This document shows, piece by piece, positions 38,782 through 52,814 of a DNA stretch of 64,000 nucleotides (position 1 is the first letter of the stretch; each line of letters begins with the position of its first letter). The DNA is from Gracilinanus agilis. Lineage: Eukaryota. The notes beneath the pieces are model-generated. The model had not been told where the DNA came from and did not search any database. It worked only from the letters and a program-made list of their open reading frames with translations. The DNA lies in the NCBI RefSeq assembly GCF_016433145.1, contig NC_058135.1, positions 276,204,426 to 276,268,425 of the forward strand. The letters are read 5' to 3'. The position numbers and the translations under genes are program-made.

Positions 38782-38905
38782 GGCAGCTAAGTGGTCTGGT
38801 CAAGTCACTTAACCCTCATTGCCTAACCTTTACCACTCTTCTGCCTTAGAGCCAATGCAGTGTAGTGATTTTAAGATAGAAAGTAAGGGCTTAAAAGAAA
38901 AGAAA
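38782..38905 (+). mobile_element. SINE1-type SINE with an internal deletion
   Basis: The head ggcagctaagtgg is joined directly to tctggtcaagtcacttaaccc, followed by the normal 3' half. Confidence 0.75.
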
Positions 38906-39122
38906 ATATGGCACCCAAACAGTGACAGAACCCATGAGAGATGTGTGAGGTTCTTATAATGCATGTACTTCAGGAGTCTTCTTACTAATGCCCTTTCCTC
39001 CATACCTCATCTCTCTCACTCCTTGAGACCATGAAAGTTTTTTTTTAAACTACAAAACTGAAATGTTCGTGTGATATGGCATATATTTCTTTGTTTTTAA
39101 CCTGACCTTTAATTCACTATGC

Positions 39123-39602
39123 CAGTGATGGTGAAACTTTTAGAGATGGTGTGTTAGGCTCTGCCACAACTACACTCCCCAGACTGAGTGCTGTGCCTCT
39201 CTCCCCTAGGCATGCCTTGTCCCACCTTGCCCCATAGAGGGAATGATAAAAGTGCTCCCATTGGGCTGCTGTTTGGAGAGACAGATGAAGTGAGGAATGT
39301 CCCCAGTCAGTTAAGAGAGAGGGAGGAGAATGGCTCAAGCACTCAGCTCCCCTCTAGCTCTGTTGCCTGTGAACCTCCCACCTTACCTCTTGTGCAATCA
39401 CATTGGGCTGGTGGGCAGAGTGGTGGTTGATGTGAAAAAATGTCATCAGGCATGGTGTAGACGGGGAGGGGAGCAGCTCCACTAGAGTCCCTTTGCTTTG
39501 TTATTAATGAACTCTGGGGGGAGAAAGGAAGGTAGCAGCATTCCCACAGAGAGCACTTTGCATGCCATCTTTGGCACCCATGTCATAGGTTTGCCATCAC
39601 TG
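39123..39602. mobile_element. hAT MITE, family B (OposCharlie-like), 480 bp
   Basis: TIRs CAGTGATGG...CCATCACTG with subterminal tgtcataggtttg. TSD cactatgc/ccctattc (6/8, central TA). Confidence 0.85.
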
Positions 39603-40349
39603 CCCTATTCTATCCCTATCCTTTATGTGGAGCTATCTGAGAAAAAGGTATCTCCCACCAGTGAGTTTCTTTGGCCTTTTAAACATGGCACTCTTCATTT
39701 GGAATATATTCAATACTGCTTCCCAGTGTTAGTTAACATTTTCTTTTAATTATGATAATTGCCTTCCTACAAACACTATAAGCTTTTGGAAAATAGGAAT
39801 TATCAACTGCATTTGACTTTTTTCCATAATATTTCTCTTCCAATTTAGCTGTTCCAAACAAAGTAAAGATGTTCAATAAATAATAGGATCCTACAGCTGA
39901 TGCAGTTGGGAAGAAAAAGGCCATCTAGGACAGGGGCAAAGGGTTCAAATGGCTTTCTCCAAGTTAAATAGAAAATCACAGTTAGTGGCAAGATTTAAGT
40001 TCAGGTTCGGTGAATACAAATTCAATTTTCTTTCCTAGAACTATTATTTCTGTTCATGTGAATAGATGTGGATGAATGGATAGGTGGATGTTGGGTTGAG
40101 TAAATGGATGGATGGAATCCTGAATATATACATGATTATGAATGAGTGGATGGAATGATTATAGTAGGATGAACTAGAAGGCAAACGAGATTTGGACATC
40201 ATATATTTTATGTAAGAATACTATATTTTTTACTTGATAATAGAATGACATTATTTAAGAAAGGTATCCTGCCTGGATGAATAAAGATGACAGAATGTGG
40301 AAGATAGTATAAACTTTGATGTGCAAATTTTGTGAATCATAGGTATTCA

Positions 40350-40480
40350 TAGTTCAATTCATTGATATAAATACTTTTTAGGCATCTAATATGTACTAGG
40401 CACTGTACTAACCTATAGAGATAAAATTAAGAGACTGCTAGTCCCTGCCCTAAAGGAATTTACAAACTAAAAGCTAGCAC
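40350..40480 (-). mobile_element. L2 3' end remnant
   Basis: atgtactaggcactgtact...gtccctgccctaaagga. Confidence 0.6.
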
Positions 40481-40870
40481 CAAAGGAACTATGTTCTTCC
40501 AAATTCATCTTAAATATAATTTGTTCTACCCAACAACAGAAAGCACATGAGCATGAGGAAAAATAAAATATATATCAGAGATGAGTCTTCTCTCCCCTAA
40601 TCTTTCCTCTGAGTGACAGAAATTCACTTTGTTATAACATTTGGTTAATTTGTCATTTACCTAATGATAATTTCAGGATTATATATCAAGCATTGGGACA
40701 TATAAGATATGATCTATTTAATCTAGTTGAGATTATCCCACTCAAACACAAACAAATATTTTATATTAAAAGGCAGAAGTAGAGTCATTCTATATAACAC
40801 AAAGGTGTTATTACACAGAGTAACAGGGATACCTTTTAAGTTAGTAGATATCATCAAAGGATATTTGATA

Positions 40871-43800
40871 ATCAGATCAAGCATGAAACAAGGATGCCCA
40901 TTATCACCTCTATTATTTAACATTATACTAGAAACACTAGCAGTAACAATTAAAGAAGAAAAAAATTGAAGGTATTAAATAGGCAATGAGGAGACTAAGC
41001 TATCACTCTTTGCAGCTGATATGATGGTCTACTTAAAAAATCTTAGAGAATCAACTAAAAAGCTATTAGAAATAATGAACAACTTTAGCAAAGTTGCAGG
41101 ATACGAAATAAATGCACATAAATCATCAGCATCTCTCTATATATTTCCAACACATCACAACAGCAACAGTTAGAAAAAAGAAACACTATTTAAAATCACC
41201 CAAGACAATATAAAATACTTAGGAATCTATCTACCAAAACAAACACAGCAATTATACAAACACAACTACAAAACACTTTGCAAAGAATTAAAACTAGATC
41301 TAAAATCATTGGAAAAACATTGATTGCTCATGAATAGGATGAGTTAACATAATAAAAATGACCATTCGACCCAAATTAATTTACTTATTTAGTCCCATAC
41401 CTATCAAACTATCCAAAAAAAAATTTTTACAGAACTGGAAAAAACTATGACAAAGTTCATTTGGAAGAACAAAAGATCAAGAATATCAAGGGAAATAATG
41501 AAAAAAATGTGAAGGAAGGTGGCCTAGCAGTACCAGATATTAAATTATACTATAAAGCAGTGGTCATCAAAACAATATAGTACTGGAATATAGACAGAAG
41601 GGAGGATCAGTGGAATAGACTTGCGGTAAGTGATGTCAACAAGACAGTGTATTATAAATCCAAAGAGCCCAACTTTTGGGACAAAAATCCACTATTTGAC
41701 AAAAACTGCTGGTAAAATTGGAAAACAATATGGGAGAGATTAGATTTAGATAAACATCTCAACCTGTTATAATAAAAACCCTGATACTACTATCTATTAG
41801 ACGTAGATGTAGATGAAGTATAGAGAGAGGATAGGATGACACCTCTCTCCTTTATAACAGTTGCCCAGGCAGGATCCTTTAGGTCAATGGATGATATCCC
41901 TTCAGGACCCACCTGGGGTTAATTGATATTATTATATGGGCTCTTTAGCTGGGTAATGTTGGAATCTGACTGCATCTCTCCCTTCCCAAAGAAGCTTTGA
42001 ATAACCACTTCAATAAGGTACTTTAAAACTTAGATTGTATTTAACAAAGGAGGATAATGGAATTGGATAGAGGTATTGGAGACCCTAACTTAAAATAATA
42101 ATGATGAATCTCTAAACTGCAGGCAAATGAAGGAATCAAGATGATAGCTTCTCTCTGGTACAGCCTGGCCTGAGCCACACCAGAGCAGGCAAACTGCTAT
42201 ATAATCTTTCAGCTTCTTCTTCACTAGATGATAAGCCTAACCAGTTTGAGATATCCACCATTTCCACCCTCTTCTTCTTCTCCTGCCCACTTCACAAATC
42301 CCTCCTGGGCCCTGGGAAACCTAGATGACTAAGATGATTGACTTCCTAATATCTAGGGGCAGTAGAATCAGAGATGGTCTAGGTACAGGTTGTTGATGGT
42401 ACAGGAACTAACAGGAGGAGCTTGCAGGGTTGAGTTTGCAAGTCTCAATCCCACAAAGACCACGATCCACTGATCTCAAATCTTAGGGACAAGAAAAGAC
42501 CCAAGAACCCCTGCCAGGGCTACCAGGGTGGTTTTATTACTCCCCCGCCCCCCCCCAGGCCAACTGCCCTCTCCGGTCTGCATGCCTCTCTGGGAATATT
42601 CCAACATCCAAATGATCCACCTGTCAATCACAGTGTGACCTCCTAGCTCCCAGAGATTCAATATAACACACCCTACACCAAGATAAATTCAGAATGGGTG
42701 AATGACTTGAATATAAAAAAGGAAACTATAAATAAATCACGTGAACACAGAATAGTATAATTGTCAGATCTCTGGGAAAGGAAAAATTTTTAAACCAAGC
42801 AAGAGTTTGAAAAAGTTACAAAATGTAAAATAAATAATTTTGATTATAGTAAATTAAAAAGGTTTTGTACAAACAAAAACAACACAACCAAAATCAGGGG
42901 GAAACAACAAACTGGAGAAAAGACTTTATAACAAAAACTCTGACAAAGGTCTAATTACTCAAATATACAAGGAGGTAAATCAATTACATAAAAAATCAAG
43001 CCATTCACCAATTGATAAATGGGCAAAGGACATGAATAGGCAATTATCAGTTAAATAAATCAAAACTATCAATAAGCACATGAGAAAGTGTTCTAAATCT
43101 CTAATAATTAGAAAAATGCAAATCAAAACAACTCTGAGGTACCACCTCACACCTAGCAGATTGGCTAAAATGATATCAGGCGAGAGAAATGTTGGAGGGG
43201 ATGTGGCAAAATTGGGACATTAATGCATTGCTGGTGGAGTTGTGAACTGATCCAACCATTCTGGTTGGCAATTTGGAACTATGCCCAAAGAGCTCTAAAA
43301 GACTGCCTGCCTTTTGATCCAGCCATACCATTGCTGCGTTTGTATCCCAAAGAGATCATAGATAAAAAAACTTGTACAAAAATATTTATAGCTGTGCTTT
43401 TTGTGGTAGCAAAAACCTGGGAAATGAGGGTATGCCCTTCAATTGGGGAATAACTGATCAAATTGTGGTATATGCTGGTGATTGAATACTACTGTGCTCA
43501 AAGGAATAATAAACTGGAGGAATTCCATGTGAACTGGAATGACCTCCAGGAATTGATGCAGAGTGAAATGAGCAGAGCCAAAGGAATATTGTACAAGAGA
43601 CTGATATACTGTGGTAAAATCGAATATAATGGACTTCTGTACTAGCAGCAATGCAATGACCCAGGACAATTCTGAGGGATTTATGGTAAAGAACGCTACC
43701 CACATTCAGAGCAAGAACTACAGGAGTGGAAACACAGAAGAAAAAACAACTGCTTGAACACATGGGTTGATGTGGTCATGATTGGGGATGTAGACTCAAA

Positions 43801-43966
43801 ACAACCACACCAAGGCAACTATCAATAATATGGAAATTGGTCTTGAGAGATGACACATGTTAAAACCAGTGGAAATGCAAATTGGCTATGGGGAGGTTTG
43901 GGGGGGAGAAGGGGAAAGTAAGAGCATGAATCATGTAACCATGGAAAATTTTTTTAAAAATTAAAA
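40871..43966 (+). mobile_element. 5'-truncated opossum L1 (~2.2 kb net) with 15-bp TSD, interrupted by a solo LTR
   Basis: RT motif (QGCPLSPLLFNI) through the 3'UTR and poly(A). TSD aaaggatatttgata at 40856-40870 and 43967-43981. Confidence 0.93.
41765..42668 (-). mobile_element. Solo LTR (904 bp) nested in the L1
   Basis: TG...CA ends with the inverted termini TGTTATA/TATAACA. Approximate 4-bp TSD aacc/cacc. The L1 sequence catctcacaccctacacc resumes on both sides. Orientation is tentative. Confidence 0.85.
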
Positions 43967-46489
43967 AAAGGATATTTGATAGAATCCTTACTTTAAATGA
44001 GGTGTAGACTCTATTACAGAGTTCATAGGCCTCATAAATAGACTTTCTTTGCTTCCAAACTGAAAGACCTCTATCTTAAGGAAGGTTTCTCTAGGAATAA
44101 GAAAGTTAATTACCAAGACATGGATCTAAAATTATTGTGTCACCTTGGAAAAGCTCCATAAACTCTTTGGGCTCCATTTCTTCATATACAAGATGAAGAT
44201 ACTTTGCTTTGATTTAATCTTAAAGGCTATTTCTAGCTATCACTATCAATATGCACTGTTTCTATTTTGTATGAAAAGCCTTGTACATATTTGTGGTGTG
44301 TTATAAAGAAGCTTCAAACTGTAGTATGAGGATTTCAATTCAAACACTGGGTCTCCATTCTCTTATTTATTTCAACTGAAAAATTGACTTAAATAATTTG
44401 ATCCTTATTTTTCAAATTAATAAAATAAAGGGTTTCAATTAAATATCTCTTCATGACCTACAATACATACATTTTGTAATTTTTTTTTCATTTTCAATAT
44501 TGTAGTAGACATTTGTGCCAACTCAAATGATTTGTTAAATTCAATAAACATTTATGAAGCCCCCTGTAAAATATAGAATAATTGTTAAGTAGTAATGAAA
44601 GAGCAAAGTTAAGAAATACACCAATGCTACATTCATAGAGTTTATAGATAAAGAAGGTAATGGATACATTAAATAACCTATTAAGTTGATGCATTAATCA
44701 GAGTTGCAAAAGAAAAAAGATCAGGAGCAATGAATGTTAAGGGAAACCATATAAGATTATGTTTCATATACAAAATTTTAAGAGAAATGATCATAGATGA
44801 AAAGGCATGGCCAAAGCCTAAATTAAGAGAATGGATTAAAAAGAAAAGAAAGAATTAATATACCAAAAAAATTAAAGAATTGAAATTAATATATAATGAA
44901 GGAAAATTATTTCATTTAAAAGTATGATTTTAAAAGAAATGAAAATGTATATCTATAGTTTAATTGGTCTAGAAAGCAGAGAATTATAAAAATTAAATAA
45001 CAAAAAAGAAGAATCCAGAATATCAAAGATGAAATAAGCATTCACTCCAAAATACTTTTATTATTCTTAAAATTTATCAAAATTATATATTTCGTTTAAA
45101 AATGTAGAGAAGTCAATCATTGGGAAAGAGTAAGGACATAAAATAGAGAAGAAAGAGTATAGCTTAGTTGTTGATAAACTCACAAATGTATGCATGTATA
45201 TACTTCCGTGAATCATATTAATGATTTGTGTGGATGTATAATTTGTGTAATCTCAATAGTGGAATTTTTATTTCTTGAGAATATGTATATTTGTTACAAT
45301 ATCAGTGAAAGAATGGCTAAGAGAAGAGGTTATTTGATAAATTAAAAATAATAAATTTAAATCAAAGAAAAAATATTCTGAAAAAGAATATGTCAGATTC
45401 AGAACTCAAAAAAATTAAGAGACCACAAAAATACAGTTACATTTTGGAAGAAGAAGAAAAAATAAAAAGCTTTAATAAAAGAACACCATATATTATATAA
45501 CAGACTAAGCAACTAGTCTTGCTGATATTATTTATAGAAACACAAAAAGGAATGGTTTTGCCATAAAAAAAATGGCCTGTGTTTTCAACCTTAGAATTTT
45601 AATATCTGAGAGAAAGTGTGTTAAAATTAAAGTTATTTTCCTAAATAATTGATTACTGAGAAAACAGACTTCCAAGTAAAACATATATACATTTATATGT
45701 ATATATTTATACATATTTGAAAGTCATGAGAATTACCATAAAACATGGTTTTTTGATGGCCAGGTGTCAGAAAGACAAGTGAATTATATATAGAACTTGT
45801 TTTTTATAGTGAAAAAGGGGAACTTATGTAGAGAGAAGAGTACTTGGGACAGGGATAGTAACAGGTAAGTTTAAGGTATCATATTAATAGGTTGCAATGC
45901 AAAAACATAGAAAAACTGAGGATTTACAAATTTGTTTCTTGAAATTTACAATGTGCCATGCCTATCAGGCTATGAAGAATAAGTTAGTGTAATAATGGAC
46001 AGGAAGCTTTGTTGTTTTGTGCTTATAGTGGGAGCTTTGAGTAGGGAAATAGTCAACTTCTTAAAAAGTGGGATAAATGATTTTTGGGAAGAAAAAATTA
46101 AAAATCATGATTTCTAACACAGCCTACAAAATATATTATTTCTTTCTGAGTTGTTCTGAAACTAAATGATTTGTTTAAATGATTAGTTGTGTGTAACTAC
46201 TAGAAGTAATTTCTAATAAAATTTCTAAGAAAAATATTTAGGCAAACAGCTTATCTGACAGGCCTGGTTTAAAGCTAGTACTAATTCCTACTAAAAAGAA
46301 ATTAATTGGTACAATAACCAATGTGAGGTATTTCTAATGAATAATTCTGATCACATGAGATTATGTTTGATATCTCTGAACCTCAATTTCTTAATCTGTT
46401 AGATTAGGATAATGCTTATTCTACTCACTTTTATAGGTTCATTATAAGGAAAGAGTTTAGCAAAGCTGGGAATATTCTAGAAACTATGA

Positions 46490-47060
46490 TACTGTCTTTT
46501 TTGCAGTAGTAAAAGCTAACAAAAGGAAAAGTAGGTCCTGTCAATTATAGGATGGCTAAAAAATTGGGGCATATAAATGAAATGTAATATTAGCGTTTTT
46601 AAGAAAAATATTAGTACATATAGCACAGGGAGAAGGAAAAGGATACTAATATTAATCAAGGCTAAATTTTAAAAAAATGGTAAAATAATATACATAATGA
46701 GCATAACAATATAAATAGAAAGGAAAATAATCTCCAATCCAACCTGCAAATTATCAATTTTAATTACCTAGTGTATCCTTGAAGGAGAAAGAAGAAAATG
46801 TACTTCCTCCCACTATTTGTAGAAGTGAAAGTTTATAGGAATGAGATACTGAATAATGCAAAATTTCACTGATATGATGGTTAGTTGTGTTGAACAGCTT
46901 TGTCTATTCTTTCTTTTTTACTTTTATTTGCTTTTTTTGATTATTTGTTAACTTATTGTTATGTGATGTCTCTATGGATAACCAAGGAAAGAAAGAAGAA
47001 GAGATCACTTATGATAGATTTTATATTTCTATATGTGAATATATGCACACACACAAGAAA
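46490..47060 (+). mobile_element. Very old L1 3' end, within a broader degenerate L1-rich region (~44700-48990)
   Basis: ggatggctaaaaaattggggcatataaatgaaatg and 3'UTR-like sequence. Confidence 0.5.
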
Positions 47061-47071
47061 AAAACCATTTA

Positions 47072-47276
47072 TTTTTTTATTTATTTTTTAAAAAACCCTT
47101 ACCTTCCATCTTGGAATCAATACTGCATATTGGCTCCAAGGCAGAAGAGTGGTAATGGGGGTCAAGTGACTTGTCCAAGGTTACACAGCTGGGAAGTGTC
47201 AGAGGCCAGATTTGAACCCAGGATCTCCTGTCTCTAGGGTTGACTCTCATTCCACTGACCTACCCACCTGCCCCCC
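47072..47276 (-). mobile_element. SINE1_Mdo-type SINE
   Basis: Full-length antisense match with an approximate TSD aaaaa(c)cattta. Confidence 0.88.
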
Positions 47277-49498
47277 AAAAAACATTTAAATGAAAGTAAT
47301 GTTAAGACAAATAATTGCAAATTAAAAATAACCAAAGAATAGTTTTAATTTAAGGTTAAATTGAGAATCACATGTACCTCAGAAGATTATAACAATCAAA
47401 ACAAAAAAAATAATAACAAATTGTAGGAAGTATAGGATTTTGTCAAAAAAATTTTAATAAAGATAACAAATGATCAAATTACAAAAATAACAATTTTTAA
47501 TGAAATTAATAAGATATTTGTTGGTCAAATTTAGTTTTAATGACATCCTCCCCCACAAATGCAAAAAAAAATCATGACAATAATATAAAGAATATTAATT
47601 AGTATAAATAAATTATTTAGAAATCATAATAAATTGGAGAAGAGAATGGAACATTACATTCCAGAAAGAAAAGATATTAAAGTCCCAAATAAAATACTAT
47701 ATCATGAAAATTTCTGCCAAATCATCAAATACAAAAAATAAATTATCACTAGAGAGATGTGAAGCATTAAGGATAAAATACTTGAACATAATATTTCACT
47801 TACATGTACTAATAATAGATGTAACAGAAACTCAGCTAAATGTGAATAAACGTGATTGTCAGGAAAATATTTAATAAAAGATGGATATTTTTGTTCTTTT
47901 TATACTTAAAATCAAAACAAGAGGAAAGAGATTATATTAAAAAGATGGCAAAAATAAAGACCAAAGAAACAAGAGATAAGAAGGTTAAAATGGTATAAAA
48001 TAATAGGGGATTAATGAACTAGAGAGGAAGATTAAAGAGAAGGAAGGAAGCTTTTATAAAGTATGTCCTATGTACCAGATACTGTGCTATATACTATGTA
48101 TTATCTAATTTGATCATTATAATAATTCTTCAAGATATATGTTATTTTACTTTTTTATAGTATGAGAAATTAAGAGAATTGGTGAATCAATTATTTTTAT
48201 TCTTTCAATATGTTGGATTTATAATTGGCCTCTTTAAAAATTATTTCCTTTGGCATCTTCTTAAAAAATATTTTCTTTGACATCTTTTATACATCATCTA
48301 TATTTCCAATGAATCCCCTATCCCCAAGCTTCTCATTGAAAGGTCCTTTGTAAGTAAAGTTTAAAATGAGAGTGGGGGAAATCTGTTCCAAAAAACAAAC
48401 ATATCCAAATAGTCAAATATTTCCTGATGTGTTCCACAGATATTATCCCTCTTTTCTACAAAAAAGGTCAGGATATTTCCTTTCATATCTACTCCCCAGG
48501 TCCAAGCTTATTCATTATAATTTTGTAACAGTTTTCAAATTTCATTATTTCCATTTTCTTTTTTGTAGTCCTTTCATATACTGCTCTCCAGGTTGAACTT
48601 ACTTCACTTTAAATTTGCTCATTTTTTTCTCATGCTTCTTTATATTCATTTTTTATATCCAAGTAATATTCTACTATATTCCTAATCATAACCTTTGTTT
48701 GTCATCTTCTTTAATGCTAACTTGCTGCAACTATTAAAAAAAAGTGTCGATATAAATATTTTAATATATATTGGTCCTTTCATGTTATTATTGGCCCACT
48801 TGAAGTGTATACATTACAGTTAAAGGGTATAGACATTTTAATAATTTTCTTTGCATAATTCTGAATGGCTTACTAGAATCACACTTACCACTTCTAGATT
48901 CAACAATAGCATTTTTGTGTAAATCTCTCCATAAATGCATTAATATTATCTATTATACTTTCGATGAATAAAACACATTTCATTAGTCCATTCATGCTTT
49001 CAAATATTTTCCTCATAAAAATTCCTTAAGAAATATAGTACAAATAATATTAATCCCATTTCACTGATGATGAAATTGAGCATTAGAGGTGTGTGTAATT
49101 TGAATCTGTTACCCCAACAAAACTATGATTGCCAGCAGGATATAAATTGGGTGGAGTTCCATCACTGCCTCTCTTTCCTTCGTGTTGAAGCTTTTTGGAG
49201 CGGGGAATTTTTGAGCAGGTAGAAAAACTTAGTCACATGGCTTTGTTTTGTCAGATAATAAACTTTATAAAAATAATAATTTGAATATTGGACATTAATT
49301 TTAATATTACATTTATGGTGACCAGAAGTGGGATTCAGAACCCTTAATTCTCTCTGAGTAGATTAGTTTTGAAAAGAAACCATGATTCTCCTGCCCTCCA
49401 CCCCACCCCGGGAAATTCTCTTTGGAGTTTTCTTGGTGTTGCTATTGCCTGCTGCTGCAGATCCTGCCTCCCTCCCTCCCTAACTCCCTGGGTGGTGC

Positions 49499-49513
49499 CT
49501 GCTGCTGCTGCTG

Positions 49514-49548
<35 letters not shown>
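49499..49548. repeat. Interrupted (CTG)n tract inside the LTR element leader
   Basis: Read directly from the sequence. Confidence 0.9.
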
Positions 49549-49551
<3 letters not shown>

Positions 49552-49736
49552 TTACTGCTTCTGTTGCTTTTGCTGTGGCTGATTGCTGCCAACAAACTAG
49601 GAGTCCTTGGAGCCTCTCTCCAGAGGCTGGGAAAGTATAAATCCTTCTTTCCCTTACATTGCCAACAGCTGAGTGCTCAGTGCTTGCCTTGGAAGCCTAG
49701 GTGTGTTTCCCTTAGACAATAATTAACCTCCTAAAG

Positions 49737-49940
49737 CAGTGATGGGCAAACTATGACCCGTGGGCCTGATGCAGCCCTCTAAAGTGTTCTATCCAGCTGT
49801 GGGACATTATTCCTAATCTGATGAATACAATGAGTAGGATACAATACAATGAAACTTCGAAAGAGTTGTCTTAGAAACAGACTGACAGATGAGCATTTCC
49901 TTTCCTTGGGTCCCTTCTTCAAAAAGTTTGCCCATCATTG
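49737..49940. mobile_element. hAT MITE, family C, 204 bp, nested in the LTR element
   Basis: TIRs CAGTGATGGGCAAACT/AGTTTGCCCATCATTG. Perfect TSD tcctaaag (49729-49736, 49941-49948). Confidence 0.95.
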
Positions 49941-52231
49941 TCCTAAAGGGTTTTTAACCCATCCACATGGCAGGTGAAGCAAGCTGCTCCCCAGTGCTTT
50001 TACCCCTAGGGGGAGGGGAAGGATGGTTACCCTTCCAAACAGGAAGTAGAATTGCAAGCATGGCCCACTCTGTAGAAGAGCAATGCATTACCTATCTCAA
50101 ACAGCTCCCAGTTTTAGTGTATCATCTCTTCCTACTATTCCTGGGTGTACTGGTCCTTGTGATTAGCTTGAATAATCCTGAGATTCAGGGGAGAATTTTA
50201 TCTCCTATATTTCCTACCCAGTCTCTACAACATATCCCATATGAGATTCCTCCACACTATGCTTAGTGATGAATTCTCCTCCACTATGGGAGATCCCAGA
50301 GATGTGACCAAAGGAATCTAGATGGATGATGATCCTGGGGAGGGAAAGGAGCTTTATAGAGTCTGGAGGTGAAATTTTTAAGCTTTTTTGGACTACATTG
50401 TTTTATGAAGGTCTCTGTGTTGGAATTGGAAAAAAGGACTTTTGAATTCAGTGCCTGTATCCTGTCACATATATTATATTTTCTGATTGCTTATTTTAAG
50501 ATTTTATTTTGTTTGTTAAATTCACATATGAGTCCTAATCTAATATATTCTGTTACACTACGTCACTTTAAGTTACTGTGTTTTGACAATTAGCTATATG
50601 TGCTGTTACATTGTCTTTATTTGTAACTCCCCATATGACTGGACTAGAGAAGATACCATTATAAAGTACCTTTGAGTTGTTTGTAACAAGAGGTAAGGGT
50701 CCATTTATTAGCTGAAGTGAAGTGCTATTCCCCACCTCTACATTTATAAAAATGTAATGAGTGAGATATATAAATGCCTTTTATGGTTGTTACAATTTCT
50801 TCTTTTTAATCTACCTCTAATAGAATGATCTAGATTCTTAGTGACATTTTAGACCCAAAAGATTTTTTTGAATTAGCTGCTATACTCCTGATTTTTTTTT
50901 AAAAAAGCTATTTTCTTAGTGAAAATTAATGTATCCTGAGTTGATCCATGTGTTTGTCAACACCCTCCTCAGGGGGGGATTGTATAATTGTCATAAAACT
51001 AAAAAAATCTTTTAAGAAAGAAACATTTCAGGAAAAGGAACTCGGTAACTTTTTGAATCTAGAAGATGAATTGTTTGAAGGAGGCACCATGAAGATGCCT
51101 GAAGAAACCTCCACAGCATCAGAAGACCCAGAATGAACCATGGAGTATAATTGGTTGAACTATGGGTGGTTGTAACAAATTTATTTAGTATGTATACTCT
51201 TATGCCAAAGGAGACTGCCCTCTAATTGGCTTTTTGTCAATGTACCTAGCAATCTTTGGTTTTATTCTCTTAACCTTTTATTCCCAAATTATTGCAATTT
51301 GTAAGTTGGCTATGTTTACATGATCCATTGAGGAGACTAGTCTCCCAAAGGATCCCAGGGGGATTCTGTAATTTGAATCTGCTACCCTAAAAACTGTGAT
51401 CCCCAGCAAAAGTATAATTCCCAGACCTCTCCTCACTTCCTGTTGTGACATGCTGATGTAGACAGAATATAAATTGGGTGGAGTCCATCTCTTTCTCTCT
51501 TTCCTTCCTGTTAAGGCTTTGGTGGAGTGAGGATTTTTGAGCAGGTAGAAAAACTTAGTCACATGGTTCTGTTTTGACAGATAATAAACTTTATAAAAAT
51601 AATACTTGGAGTATTGGACATGAACTTAATTCCTACAGGTGTAAAGCGAATTGTCTAGGTTATATTGCCAATAAGTATGAGAGTTCATAATAAAACCTTA
51701 TTCTACCCATGGAGGGGAAAACATTTTCATTATCCTATGGTCCTGTCAGATTTGCATTCTATAAATTTTTGTATGTCTCAATGGCATTTTTAATGGTCTG
51801 TACTTCTTAGATACTGTTTGTTTATGTTGAGGAAAAAAGAAGTTTATATATCTTATAAAAATTTCTCCACAAGTCACATAATTTTAGAGGTGGAGGGAAC
51901 TTAGTAACAATGCAATCCACCTCCCTCATTTCATAGGTGACAAAATTCAGAAAGCACATATATTAAATGACTTGTCGAAAGTCAAATTGTCAAAAATAAG
52001 ATGCTAACATGGGATGTGAACCAAAATACTCTGATACCAGATTCCATTATCTATTTATTGCTTTCTCCACTTAGCTTTAATTATTTCTACTTGAATTCTA
52101 GTCTCTTCTAGGTTTAATATGGACATATTCCAGATATTGAGATGGTCAATTGAGAGTAGCAATTGATCACCTAATCTCTAGAATTACTATCTTTCGAAAT
52201 AAATATCACTTGTTAAAAAGTGATATGAAGG

Positions 52232-52419
52232 GGGGGGCAGCTGGGTAGCTCAGTGGATTGAGAGCCAGGCCTAGAGACGGGAGATCCTAGGTTCAAATCC
52301 GGCCTCAGACACTTCCCAGCTGTGTGACCCTGGGCAAGTCACTTTACCCCCATTACCACCCTTACCACTCTTCCACCTATAAGTCAATACACAGAAGTTA
52401 AGGGTTTAAAATTTAAAAA
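52232..52419 (+). mobile_element. SINE1 short-tail variant, young, 17-bp TSD
   Basis: TSD aaaaagtgatatgaagg at 52215-52231 and 52420-52436. CpGs retained. Confidence 0.93.
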
Positions 52420-52814
52420 AAAAAGTGATATGAAGGTAATACATAATATGAAGCTAAGCAAGTCAAGATACACCTTTGGAAATTGGTTTCACCTTTTGTG
52501 AAAACTAAGTAATTTTATTTGTACATTCTGCCTTGTAGATTGATTGTGAGGAAAAAAGCTTTACAAAAGACAATATCACATAGAAATATGAATTAATAGT
52601 CACATGATCTAATGGAATTTTTTCATGTTACCAAATGAGAATTAAAATTAAAATTAAAATGTTAGCAAATGAAAATTAAAAATACCTCTTTCCACCAAAA
52701 CCAGCTCTCTTGGGGCCTTTCATTATTCTTGTTGAATAGGTAAAAATTGTGAATCACATGATTATGATTAGTGTTCTTACTGGCAAGATCTATTTCACAT
52801 GTTAAAATGGCACA

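Larger units (their letters stand above)
49092..51637 (+). mobile_element. Non-autonomous LTR retroelement (LTRs ~49092-49311 and ~51365-51637) with tRNA-Leu primer-binding site (PBS)
   Basis: Two direct repeats share tataaattgggtggag, ttttgagcaggtagaaaaacttagtcacatgg and ataataaactttataaaaataat, and both end in CA. PBS TGGTGACCAGAAGTGGGATTCAGAACCC 49316-49343. Polypurine tract AGGGGGA 51357-51363. Flanks ggtg/ggtg(t). Confidence 0.8.

Noticed and set aside
49316-49343. tRNA-like sequence (also the SINE heads)
   Set aside because: Only a 3'-end complement (PBS) or SINE-derived A/B boxes; no complete cloverleaf.
49344-49722. Poly-Leu/Ala/Ser ORFs on both strands
   Set aside because: By-products of the (CTG)n tract in a retroelement leader.
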